Positions 18,450-27,172 are shown, counted from the stretch's first letter. The stretch: 27,762 bases of DNA from Candidatus Babeliales bacterium (GCA_044451405.1 JBIOKB010000011.1:1-27762), one strand, 5' to 3'. Made by a program: numbers and translations. Notes: a model not told the origin generated them from the sequence alone.

Positions 18450-18478
18450 ACTGTATCAATCGAGCTGCTACCTGTCAA
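18450..18478 (-). promoter_or_regulatory. Putative sigma70 promoter for the paralog pair
   Basis: Minus strand TTGACA-N17-TACAGT with TG-n extended -10. Confidence 0.55.
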
Positions 18479-18493
18479 AAGGGGTAGGCGAAG

Positions 18494-18550
18494 CCAGGCG
18501 TAGCTTAACACTGCCTGAGGTTTAACTTCGATAGTAAGAGCGAAGACTGG
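18494..18550. repeat. Related palindromic repeat overlapping the tRNA CCA end
   Basis: Minus strand CCAGTCTTCGCT...AAGCTACGCCTGG; arms resemble CCAGCCTACGCT...AAGCTWCGGCGG of copies A/B. Confidence 0.55.
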
Positions 18551-18624
18551 TGCGCCCGACAGGGATTGAACCTGCGGCCTACAGATTAGGAATCTATCGC
18601 TCTATCCAACTGAGCTACGGGCGC
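18548..18624 (-). tRNA. tRNA-Arg(CCT)
   Basis: GCGCCCG TAGCTCAGTTGGATAGAGC G ATAGA TTCCTAA TCTGT AGGCC GCAGG TTCAATC CCTGT CGGGCGC ACCA; 77 nt, encoded CCA. Confidence 0.97.
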
Positions 18625-18693
18625 AACCAGGATAAGGATAGCCAATTGGGGGATTATTGCGACCTTTTTTGTAAAAACCAGGCCCCATGGCTA

Positions 18694-18721
18694 TTGACAA
18701 ATAAAAAATATTTGAGACAAT
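18694..18721 (+). promoter_or_regulatory. Putative sigma70 promoter
   Basis: TTGACA-N16-GACAAT with TG-n; GGAG RBS before ATG 18775. Confidence 0.45.
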
Positions 18722-18774
18722 TGTTAGTCCCAATAGATTTTTATTATTGAGAATTTAATACGTATGGAGCAAGT

Positions 18775-19545
18775 ATGAATATATATTCTTGGCTATTAGC
18801 CGGTATAACCATCCTAAGCATGGGGATAACCCAGGCAGGGGAAGCAATTTCTGGGGACAGGATAATGCGCAAGCACCCTGTGCGTATGATGCAAACAAGC
18901 CGCCAACACCCTATGCTATCACCCGCCTTATTAACAACTAAAAAATCACGAATCCGGAAACAACGCCCTAAGCCTGCCACCAAAGATATAGGGGTACAAA
19001 CTAACCCTATCATTCAAGACAGGATGTTGCCACGCCCCACAGAACATACTGATGTTGGGCATAATACTCATAGTTCACCCCCTTCACCACATCCTCTATC
19101 ATCAACCAGTCTTGGCCAAAAACAAGAAAGCAGCGATGTGCTCCATTTAGCTGCGGCCGAGATAATCTTGCCAAGTTTTGGCGAGCGAGCATCTCACGTT
19201 AAAAGTTCTGTTCTTTCTGAAAGAGATTTGTTTCTACTAGAAGTAGGAGCAAAATTGGCTCGCGTACACCAAAAAAATCACATCGCATTAAATTTCGAAG
19301 CTATAGAATTAGATGCTTTCGATAATCCTTCTGATGACAGACTAGATAAAGAAATCGAACAAATGGGAAAGCGAAAACATTATGCACGTTATAACGGACT
19401 AGTTCCGAGGTTGTCAGAAAATAAACATGCAAAAGTTGTGAGAGGATACGCGCAAGAAAACCGTGTATGGAAAGCTGAACAAGATCAATTGCGCAAGACA
19501 AAACAAGCTCACAAAGCAATTTTAATATCTATGAGTAGCAGATAG
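18775..19545 (+). CDS. Secreted hypothetical protein, basic and disordered N-terminal half
   Basis: GGAG RBS; signal peptide ending TQA; 256 aa. Confidence 0.65.
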   Translation: MNIYSWLLAGITILSMGITQAGEAISGDRIMRKHPVRMMQTSRQHPMLSPALLTTKKSRIRKQRPKPATKDIGVQTNPIIQDRMLPRPTEHTDVGHNTHSSPPSPHPLSSTSLGQKQESSDVLHLAAAEIILPSFGERASHVKSSVLSERDLFLLEVGAKLARVHQKNHIALNFEAIELDAFDNPSDDRLDKEIEQMGKRKHYARYNGLVPRLSENKHAKVVRGYAQENRVWKAEQDQLRKTKQAHKAILISMSSR

Positions 19546-19619
19546 AGAATCACACCATTGCATCTTACCGTAACACTGCGTAGAGTAACAACAAAGTAAT
19601 TACGCATGAGTGGTAAAGG

Positions 19620-20465
19620 ATGTTAATGCGCAGATACTCCATAGCATATCTTTGTATGATCGCACTACCGCTAGCAGCCAGTGATACCGTACAACCAGTA
19701 CACGATAATATTACCATCCAACAAATTGGACCACTTTTCTGCTTTGGACAAAACATACTACCGCGCAACACCGTTACCGTACGCGCTATCCCCTTTTACT
19801 ACAAACAAACACACCATTCATTCAGCTATATGTCAGCACAGCTGTTGTACGGCGTGACTGATCAATTAGTATTACTATTTGATACGCCCATCATCTTTAA
19901 CAATCATGGATATGGGAACACCCATCGCCTGGGTGACGTGCGCATACAAGCTGAATATGCGTATTACAAAAAAAGAGACGCTTCTAAAAGTATTGAGGCC
20001 ACAGTGCTTGGCAACTGCATCATTCCGCGTACATTTTCTACAGACAGAAATCCATTAACGGCAGGAGAAACCAGTTTCTTTTTTGGCACGACTGCGAGTT
20101 ATCTTACTGATTGGTACGCATATGCTTCACTGGGGGGCAGAATTGTTAATCCATTTAAAAGCACCCATTTTGGTAATCAGGTACTCTATGAATGGATTAT
20201 TGGACACAGACTCCCTGATATCCCTCACGTGAATACCTATCTTCTTATTGAATCAAATGGCATCTACACACAAAAAGATACCATTCACGGTTCATCCGAT
20301 CCCAATACGGGAAGCAATCTCATCTACTGCGGTCCAGTACTGGTGGTAACTTCTATTAATTGGGCATTGCTTGCGGGCGTACAAGGTGTAGCAACACAGC
20401 ATCGCAATGGCAATCAAGAACCATTTAATCTCCGCGCATCACTCATGCTTGTGTATAAATTTTAA
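19620..20465 (+). CDS. Outer-membrane beta-barrel protein, probable COG4313/MetA-pathway-like channel
   Basis: Signal peptide; LLYGVTD.L.L...P; LGDVRIQAEYAYY; GNQVLY; DPNTGSNLIYCGP; C-terminal VYKF barrel signal. Confidence 0.65.
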   Translation: MLMRRYSIAYLCMIALPLAASDTVQPVHDNITIQQIGPLFCFGQNILPRNTVTVRAIPFYYKQTHHSFSYMSAQLLYGVTDQLVLLFDTPIIFNNHGYGNTHRLGDVRIQAEYAYYKKRDASKSIEATVLGNCIIPRTFSTDRNPLTAGETSFFFGTTASYLTDWYAYASLGGRIVNPFKSTHFGNQVLYEWIIGHRLPDIPHVNTYLLIESNGIYTQKDTIHGSSDPNTGSNLIYCGPVLVVTSINWALLAGVQGVATQHRNGNQEPFNLRASLMLVYKF

Positions 20466-20477
20466 AGAAGTAGGATA

Positions 20478-20894
20478 TTACCGCTTAATCTTATTAATTT
20501 TCCACCTAGACGGTCCACCACTTGGGGGTATCACTACATCAATGATATCACCATCTGATATTTGAGTTGGATTGTCGGTTGAAAGACCACAATCACATGA
20601 TTCAGAAGGACGAGAATCATAATCTATTGAATAACAGGGAGCAGAAGAATTGCAGGTGCCCTTAAAATACCCATAAAAACAAATTTGATCTTGTGTTGCT
20701 GTTACTTGAGCTGAAGTGCTCGGGGCAATTGTTTTTAAAAGCTTAGGCTGTTGCATTGGAGCGCAGTTTTGCCAGACGTCTATCGTAATTTTTGATGATT
20801 TATTATTAATGGTAACTGTCTTTTCTTTTGCCCCAACAGACGCAGTAGCTATAAGACAAAGACACAGTATGCTTCTTTTCACGTGACCCTCCAT
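20478..20894 (-). CDS. Small Cys-rich secreted hypothetical protein
   Basis: Signal peptide ending VGA; six Cys in the mature part. The true start may be GTG (VKRSIL) after GGAGG. Confidence 0.6.
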   Translation of the reverse strand: MEGHVKRSILCLCLIATASVGAKEKTVTINNKSSKITIDVWQNCAPMQQPKLLKTIAPSTSAQVTATQDQICFYGYFKGTCNSSAPCYSIDYDSRPSESCDCGLSTDNPTQISDGDIIDVVIPPSGGPSRWKINKIKR

Positions 20895-21025
20895 TCAATT
20901 ATACGTTAAAGATTTTCTATACCATCATGATAGAAAGTATCGCGGCTAAAACGCAAGTTCTAGCAACCATACACAGGTCTATGATAGCATGCCTTTACTA
21001 TCACTATTTTATTTAAGGATAATCC

Positions 21026-21481
21026 ATGAATGCAATCATTAAAACGTCGTTGTGGTGTATACTTGCGTGTCTTATTACTCCTATAACCGTGCATGCTGGT
21101 GAAGAAGTAAAAAAGAAAATGGAAGAAGTGCCCAGCGAAGCTCTTTCCTGGTCAGATAACCTCTCTATAAAAATGTATGGCAATGAGTCTTTTACCAAAA
21201 CATCAAATTATATTCGTCTTACACCAGGGCAAAAGAAAACATTCTTTGAAGAATGGATACAGCATGGCATCAACAACAATCTCTTTATGGATATGTGTAA
21301 TGCGCGGAGAAATGCCGTAAGCGCTGGTATAACAATAAACTCCCAACTTCTTGCACAAGCGGCTGAAATCATAACACGAGATATGCATGAAGGAATGATA
21401 TTCTTAACAAAAACGTTACCTGCTGAGCGCGTACACGGGATTGGAAAGGATCTTGAAAAGTTGAGTACAGTAAAAGAGTAA
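21026..21481 (+). CDS. Secreted hypothetical protein
   Basis: AAGGA RBS; signal peptide ending VHA; 151 aa. Confidence 0.65.
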   Translation: MNAIIKTSLWCILACLITPITVHAGEEVKKKMEEVPSEALSWSDNLSIKMYGNESFTKTSNYIRLTPGQKKTFFEEWIQHGINNNLFMDMCNARRNAVSAGITINSQLLAQAAEIITRDMHEGMIFLTKTLPAERVHGIGKDLEKLSTVKE

Positions 21482-21713
21482 GAAATTGCCCCCTGGTTGA
21501 TATGTTCAGGAACCGACAAATACGCTTTGATTTCAGTTTGCAGAACATCCAGACCGTGTTTTCTGAGCTGGGCCTTGTTTCATCAGCAACGTATATTACT
21601 ACTGCTTAAAGGTGCAAAGACAGGACATATTTGTACGTGGAATAACCAACTCAGCCTTTTAATAGAAAAAAAAGATGCCATAATTTTAGTCTGCAAATGA
21701 AAGGACTAAAATT

Positions 21714-22922
21714 ATGGCATCGTCATCAAAAAAACATTTGGAAAATCTTAGAATATTATACGACAAAGCTCAAGAAACACGCTTATTAAAAATCTTTGTT
21801 CTCTCTTTATTAGATTTTGTACATGAAACTGAAGTTAATCCAAATCTACAGTCCATTATAAATCAACTTCTTAAAGAAGAAGAGATACGCAACAGTAATT
21901 TTCATGAGCTACGAAATTCCGCTACAGAGGAACTTAATACCCTATATAGTACATACAAATCTTATATGGGGTCTTCAGCACCGTATGATTCATTTTATGC
22001 GTATGGAAACGATGATCCTCAGCGATGTATAGATACTACACGAGACTTTCTGATAGAAAGACATAGCATACTTACAGATTTGCTTAGCCAATTAGTGAAG
22101 CAAGATCCTGCTCATATCCCCTTCATCGCACAATTTGCAGATGTACAATGCCTTTTAACCAATAGAGATGCTGCCTATAAAATACACCTATCGTTAAAAA
22201 CTCCTAGGTATAACAAGTGGCTTAAAGAAGCAGAGGATAGAGAATATGGAAATGCAGCTGAGCCGTTTTATCATTGGAATATTATTGCTTGGATATATCA
22301 AGTTCACAAAAATGGTGAAAGTGTAGCACAAGAATTGTATAACAAAGGCAAAGTACTTGAATCTACAAGGGTAATTGGATTTCGTCGAATATTGAAGAAT
22401 ATTTTACTATCGCCCAATGAACAAGGCTCTGGCATAACTTCTTCGCAAGTTGAAAATTTTAAGTATAGCCTGCAAAAAGTATGGCTTTATATACAAGAAA
22501 AATCAGAAAACGAAGAAACTTCTACAGAAAAACTATCCCTAGATATTGTTACCATTCCATCAGCAGAAGAGCCTAATCTTTTTAAAGGATATGACACATC
22601 AACAAAAACACTATTAATTGGCGCTCATAAGATACAATTCAAAAAAAAGGGATACCAGGGTCCAATCTTAACCATTCTAACTAAAGACGATGAATGCCTG
22701 CATGATGAATGGCCTTGGGATGAGGTTTACGAGAAAACTCAATACAACGTACCAAGCGGTTCAAAAACAAGAATAAAAAAACACAGGCGTAGATTATACC
22801 ATGCTTATGAACATTTAAATGAACAAGTATTTAAGCAAAGCAATGGCAAAATAAGCTACTTCTTGATCTTCAATATGGATAGCGTTCGCATCAATCCGAT
22901 ATACCTAGCTCATAAGTTTTAA
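21714..22922 (+). CDS. Hypothetical protein with helical N-terminal domain and probable C-terminal winged-helix DNA-binding domain
   Basis: AAGGA RBS. The C-terminal pattern YD..TKTLLIG..KIQF....QGPILTIL....W.WDEVYE....RRLYHAYEHLNEQV....YFL......VRINP resembles the OmpR/ToxR-type wHTH layout. Confidence 0.6.
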   Translation: MASSSKKHLENLRILYDKAQETRLLKIFVLSLLDFVHETEVNPNLQSIINQLLKEEEIRNSNFHELRNSATEELNTLYSTYKSYMGSSAPYDSFYAYGNDDPQRCIDTTRDFLIERHSILTDLLSQLVKQDPAHIPFIAQFADVQCLLTNRDAAYKIHLSLKTPRYNKWLKEAEDREYGNAAEPFYHWNIIAWIYQVHKNGESVAQELYNKGKVLESTRVIGFRRILKNILLSPNEQGSGITSSQVENFKYSLQKVWLYIQEKSENEETSTEKLSLDIVTIPSAEEPNLFKGYDTSTKTLLIGAHKIQFKKKGYQGPILTILTKDDECLHDEWPWDEVYEKTQYNVPSGSKTRIKKHRRRLYHAYEHLNEQVFKQSNGKISYFLIFNMDSVRINPIYLAHKF

Positions 22923-22972
22923 TAACAAGTCCCATACCTAATTTATCCTTTTAAATAAAGCATTTTTAGCCC

Positions 22973-23020
22973 CTAGGTCTACTGCTAGGTCTGAGTAAGT
23001 ATACATCGTGCCCCTATACT
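22973..23020 (+). promoter_or_regulatory. Tandem CTAGGTCT repeats plus TATACT -10 box (activator-dependent, leaderless promoter candidate)
   Basis: CTAGGTCT at 22973 and 22985; TATACT at 23015-23020; ATG at 23028 with no RBS. Confidence 0.5.
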
Positions 23021-23027
23021 TTTACTC

Positions 23028-23216
23028 ATGATTAAAAAATGCAAAATCGATTCAAAGCTCATCGCCGAACAAGCTGATATACCCAATACAGGGTATGAGT
23101 TGTCCCCTGATGAACTTGATAGGGTTACTGCTTTTTATTCATTACTGATAAAAATCGACCGTAGGAATAAAGCTAAAGAGAAAGCGAGCAGTACTCATGC
23201 ACCACAACATAAATAG
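23028..23216 (+). CDS. Small hypothetical protein
   Basis: 62 aa; amphipathic helix LSPDELDRVTAFYSLLIKIDRR; first ORF of the replication operon. Confidence 0.55.
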   Translation: MIKKCKIDSKLIAEQADIPNTGYELSPDELDRVTAFYSLLIKIDRRNKAKEKASSTHAPQHK

Positions 23217-23463
23217 TGAATTACTAGCATTAAAAGAACATATGATACAGAACCTATTAGCCCCATCAGGGGCGATCATTCTAGATAATCAAAGACACAT
23301 TTACTCAGTAAACGTTAACGGTAAATCACAGGAGGCGTGCTATGTAGCAACAATCGATCCTATAGGAAAAATGGGCCTCGATTGCTCTGCTCCTATGGTC
23401 TTACCAATGAAAAAGAGCAGCACACGTACTCATCATCAGCGAATAAAAAATAGTTTTAAATGA
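23197..23463 (+). CDS. Small hypothetical protein
   Basis: 88 aa, overlaps the upstream ORF, same strand as the helicase. Confidence 0.4.
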   Translation: MHHNINSELLALKEHMIQNLLAPSGAIILDNQRHIYSVNVNGKSQEACYVATIDPIGKMGLDCSAPMVLPMKKSSTRTHHQRIKNSFK

Positions 23464-23467
23464 CAAA

Positions 23468-23487
23468 CCACTGGCGACAACCAGTGG
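23468..23487 (+). promoter_or_regulatory. Perfect 7-bp hairpin before the helicase gene
   Basis: CCACTGG-CGACAA-CCAGTGG, just upstream of the GAGGA RBS. Confidence 0.45.
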
Positions 23488-23509
23488 CATAAACCGAGGA
23501 AGATTTTGT

Positions 23510-25084
23510 ATGAATAATCATACCAGAAAAAAAGATTCTCGCCAAAGTTATACTAATCGCCAAAAGCTAATAAAAGCAGCTCAGGAAGAATGGATTGAGC
23601 AAGCACAGCAATTAGCAGAAAACAAAGCTGCTCTTGGGTACAAGGATTATCCATGGGATGAGTTTCTATTAATAGACCCTGCTAATGTAATAGATGCGGA
23701 CATGTCAATTCAAACCCAAATTATAGCTCTGCAAAATGGCTATAGGACGTTAAAACAACGTGAAGAGATTATCTTGGCTGAACCTAGAGTTGTAGCAGAT
23801 TTTAATATAAGACATGCGGTCGTCCATCTCGATCAAACATATACATTAACCGAAAAAATAAACACGCTGGGTTATAAAGACTTTTCACTTGAGAGTCGAC
23901 AGTCATTCAGAGCTTTTTATGAAGATGAAAGGGTTATGTGCATAGATGGGGTTGAACGCTGCAAGGCGGACATCTGGCTTCAAAGTCCTGAGCGGCGTAA
24001 ATATAAAGGGATTACGTTTGATCCAACTACAACAGAGTGTGGTAACGATTGCTATAACCTTTGGAAGGGATTTGCCAAACAACCAAAGCAAGGCGATGCT
24101 GCAAAATACTGGGATCATGTACGAGATAATATTTGTGGTGGAAATGAAGAGTTATACATCTACGTACGCAAATGGTTGGCATATGTGTTTCAACACCCTG
24201 ATAGGGTACATACAGCCTTAGTATTATGCGGATCACAAGGTGTTGGTAAAAATAGCTTTGTTGAACCATTGGGAGTACTGCTCGGAACTCATTATGCGCC
24301 GCTCAGCAGTATTACCGAGCTTGTTTCCAACTTTAATTACCACCTTAAAAACGCTGTGCTTATTCACGCGAATGAAGCGCTCTGGGGCGGTAACAAGAAG
24401 GAACTTGGTACTGTAAAAGCAATGATCACTGAACATACATGCCTTATTGAAGGTAAAGGCAAAGATCGTATTGTGGTTCGCAATTTTAAACACGTCATTT
24501 TAAGCAGCAATGAAGATTGGCCAGTACACCTTGATCCGGATGATCGACGTTTTGTAGTTATTACTGTTTCAGAAAAACGCAAAGAGGATCATACGTATTT
24601 TGAAGCAATCCATGATCAATTACACGATGGCGGGTATGAAGCATTACTTTATGATTTATTACATGAAGATATAAGCACTTTTAATCCGCGTAAAATGCCT
24701 GCTAATTTAGATGCTTTTGATATAAAAATGCGCAGTGCGGAATCGGCACATCGCTATATTTTTGAGGCATTATCAGAAGGAGGTTTGTCTATAGGTAAAT
24801 TACCTGAAACGGATGCTCCTGTATGGCAGGATTCAATACCAAAAGATGTCATATATGCAGATTATGTAGCATGGTGTGAAAAAAGTGGTGAAGAAGCTCT
24901 GCCCAAAGATCAATTTTGCAAGATATTTAAAAAGCTTATCCCATCTACAGAAGATACACGACCTGCTGCTGAACATCGCGTACGTCACTTCAAATTGCCT
25001 TCATTAAGAAAATCACAAGAGGAGTTTTGCAAGATATTTAAAGAAAAACCGGAACGTCTTTTTGAGAACTATGAAATTGCTTAG
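23510..25084 (+). CDS. Phage/plasmid primase-associated helicase (DUF5906/D5-like P-loop NTPase), no primase domain evident
   Basis: GITFDP, YNLWKGF, WLAY.FQHP, Walker A GSQGVGKN, NEALWGGNKK, EGKGKD, LSSN...DDRRF, C-terminal IYADYVAWC winged-helix-like region. Confidence 0.85.
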   Translation: MNNHTRKKDSRQSYTNRQKLIKAAQEEWIEQAQQLAENKAALGYKDYPWDEFLLIDPANVIDADMSIQTQIIALQNGYRTLKQREEIILAEPRVVADFNIRHAVVHLDQTYTLTEKINTLGYKDFSLESRQSFRAFYEDERVMCIDGVERCKADIWLQSPERRKYKGITFDPTTTECGNDCYNLWKGFAKQPKQGDAAKYWDHVRDNICGGNEELYIYVRKWLAYVFQHPDRVHTALVLCGSQGVGKNSFVEPLGVLLGTHYAPLSSITELVSNFNYHLKNAVLIHANEALWGGNKKELGTVKAMITEHTCLIEGKGKDRIVVRNFKHVILSSNEDWPVHLDPDDRRFVVITVSEKRKEDHTYFEAIHDQLHDGGYEALLYDLLHEDISTFNPRKMPANLDAFDIKMRSAESAHRYIFEALSEGGLSIGKLPETDAPVWQDSIPKDVIYADYVAWCEKSGEEALPKDQFCKIFKKLIPSTEDTRPAAEHRVRHFKLPSLRKSQEEFCKIFKEKPERLFENYEIA

Positions 25085-25095
25085 TGTGTTACTGC

Positions 25096-25319
25096 GTCCA
25101 TGATACTGTCCAGGATAAACCATGTAATAAAGTACGTTAAATACAGTATCGGTCCATATAGACCATGCAGTCCATGCTGTTGCAGCGCCATAATTATCTA
25201 CAGCACAAAAAACAGTCTTAAAAAATTGGATAATAAAATTGCGTGGACTATATGGACTCCCTGGACAATGCCCTCTGGATCGCTGTTTTTGAATATCACC
25301 GCGTGGACCGATCATGGAC
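25096..25319. repeat. Inverted iteron arrays flanking an AT-rich core (putative replication origin)
   Basis: GTCCA at 25096, 25108, 25152, (GACCA 25161), 25170; TGGAC at 25244, 25253, 25262, 25304, 25315. Confidence 0.75.
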
Positions 25320-25334
25320 AGAAAAGGAGAAAGC

Positions 25335-26354
25335 ATGACCTTACTTGAATTAGCACATCAAACAGGTATTAACCCTAAATGGGTTGCTTCTACTGCAGGA
25401 GGAGAATTTCATTCTTCGTGTCCGCAGTGTGGTGGTACTGATCGTTTTTACATACAACCATATCGACAAATGAGTAAATGTGTTGGCTCTTATTGCTGCC
25501 GCCAGTGCGGCATTAATGGGGATGCTATTCAATTTGCGCGACAGTTTCTACATCTTTCATTTCAAGAAGCTGCAGCTATGGTAAATGCGGTTATTAAAGA
25601 AACACCATTATATGGTTTTAAACAGCTGCATGAACCACAAGCAGCGCCATTAAAAGTACCGCCAACTTTGTGGAAAGAACAGGCTACAGCATATGTTGAA
25701 CGCGCACATGCATTATTGTTACACAAGGCAGATATTCTCGATTTTTTAGCGCGTAGAGGACTACCTCTTGAAGCAGTACAACGGTATAAATTTGGCTGGT
25801 CTGATAGTAATGAATTCTTACCAAGATCAGCGTGGGGATTAGATGAGCAATGTGCAGATGGCAAACCACACAAATTATGGATACCTAATGGCCTTGTGAT
25901 CCCTACCAGGCAAGCAAATGGGCAAGTGCTGCGCTTGAAAGTGCGACGGTTTGATTGGAAGGAGAATGACAAGTTACCCAAGTATGTTGCCATCTCAGGA
26001 AGCATGAATGGACTGAATATCATAGGTGATACAAAACAACCCTGTATGATAATAGTTGAGTCAGAGCTTGATGCGTATGCAATTGATTATGTAGCACATG
26101 ATATTGCTTGTGCTGTTGCCGTAGGCAGCAATGTAAAAAATCCAGACAATATAACTGATCTCTATGCAAAGAAAGCGTCACGTCTTTTGATTTGTCATGA
26201 TAATGACGCGGCAGGAATACAGATGCTTAAGAAATGGAAACATTTATACCCACATGCTCGAGCTTTTCCAACACCTATAGGCAAAGATATCGGGGAAGCA
26301 ATACAACAGGGGTTTAATATAAGGGAATGGCTACTTCAGAAAGGCTTGAAATAA
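25335..26354 (+). CDS. Zn-ribbon + TOPRIM DNA primase (phage/plasmid DnaG-like)
   Basis: AAGGAG RBS before ATG 25335; CPQCGGTDRF...CRQCG..GDAI.F.....SF.EA; FLARRGL; PKY; IIVESELDA; CHDNDAAG; KDIGE. Confidence 0.87.
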   Translation: MTLLELAHQTGINPKWVASTAGGEFHSSCPQCGGTDRFYIQPYRQMSKCVGSYCCRQCGINGDAIQFARQFLHLSFQEAAAMVNAVIKETPLYGFKQLHEPQAAPLKVPPTLWKEQATAYVERAHALLLHKADILDFLARRGLPLEAVQRYKFGWSDSNEFLPRSAWGLDEQCADGKPHKLWIPNGLVIPTRQANGQVLRLKVRRFDWKENDKLPKYVAISGSMNGLNIIGDTKQPCMIIVESELDAYAIDYVAHDIACAVAVGSNVKNPDNITDLYAKKASRLLICHDNDAAGIQMLKKWKHLYPHARAFPTPIGKDIGEAIQQGFNIREWLLQKGLK

Positions 26355-27025
26355 TCGGAGCAAATTTTATCAGGATCATACACAGCATTCAATCCGTCTG
26401 GAACAAAAAAACCATAATAGCTATCGAGATATGGTTCCACTTTTGGTCCATACCAACTTATGAGCTCATGGTGTGAGGTATAAAACTTTTGCTCATCATG
26501 ATTGACGTATTTTTTCTTGAGACGGTGAAACGTCGACTGATGCATGCGCGGTGGCTTCTTATGCAAAGTGCCAGCATAATTTTGTAATGTCGTAACAACT
26601 TTGCCCTTCATATACTGGTGCCGTTCAGATGGGCGTAATCGTTGAGAAATATAACCCAAGTTAGCACATTTACGACACAGATATTTACCTTCTATGCAGT
26701 ACAATTTACGCATTCTCCTGTCACATTGTGGACAATGAAAGAAATGATAAAAGCCGCCAAAGTTGCATGGCTTTTTCTCTATAGGAATTACGTAAGAACC
26801 ATTGTTATACACGACATGAAGATTATCATTCTCTAATAACGTTGCTCGCAAATTATATTGAGGAATAATGAGCGAAACACGATCCTTACTCTCGCGTACA
26901 AATTGAACGAGTTGTTGATTTTTAAACATATCAAATGAATCGATCTCAGAGAAAGTAGACCACGTGCATAGAGCTTTTCTTTTATGCTTGCGCTTAACCT
27001 TCCAATACCAACCCCAATGCGTCAT
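26336..27025 (-). CDS. Zn-ribbon hypothetical protein
   Basis: AAGGAGG RBS before ATG 27025; PCNFGGFYHFFHCPQCDRRMRKLY....YLCRKC..LGY.SQR; KPPRMH.STF.RL. Confidence 0.7.
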   Translation of the reverse strand: MTHWGWYWKVKRKHKRKALCTWSTFSEIDSFDMFKNQQLVQFVRESKDRVSLIIPQYNLRATLLENDNLHVVYNNGSYVIPIEKKPCNFGGFYHFFHCPQCDRRMRKLYCIEGKYLCRKCANLGYISQRLRPSERHQYMKGKVVTTLQNYAGTLHKKPPRMHQSTFHRLKKKYVNHDEQKFYTSHHELISWYGPKVEPYLDSYYGFFVPDGLNAVYDPDKICSDYFKPF

Positions 27026-27172
27026 AGGCCCTCCTTTATCGAAATGTCCAGGATACGCTATCTCACTGCAATTATAAATCGTATAACTCTTTTTTAGCAA
27101 TCGGATCCAATTGTATTTAATAATAGAAAATTGTATATAAAATTCACTTATTTAATTGGCCTTTTGTTGCCT

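Larger units (their letters stand above)
21714..27025. mobile_element. Phage-satellite/integrated-plasmid-like replication module (boundaries not defined)
   Basis: Cluster of helicase, iteron array, Zn-ribbon/TOPRIM primase, putative regulator and small ORFs; no att sites or integrase seen. Confidence 0.7.

Noticed and set aside
18550-18750. 66-aa ORF MRPTGIEPAAYRLG...
   Set aside because: It is the antisense reading of tRNA-Arg.
21482-21713. Possible gene fragment or ncRNA left of the wHTH gene (minus frame QLRKHGLDVLQTEIKAYLSV)
   Set aside because: No start, recognisable motif or convincing structure.
25013-25348. 82-aa (+) and 107-aa (-) ORFs with WT..WT..WT periodicity
   Set aside because: The periodicity is a by-product of the 9-bp iteron array and there is no RBS; treated as non-coding.
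107-26836. Numerous short ORFs overlapping longer genes in other frames or strands
   Set aside because: Shadow ORFs of well-supported genes, with no motifs or RBS.
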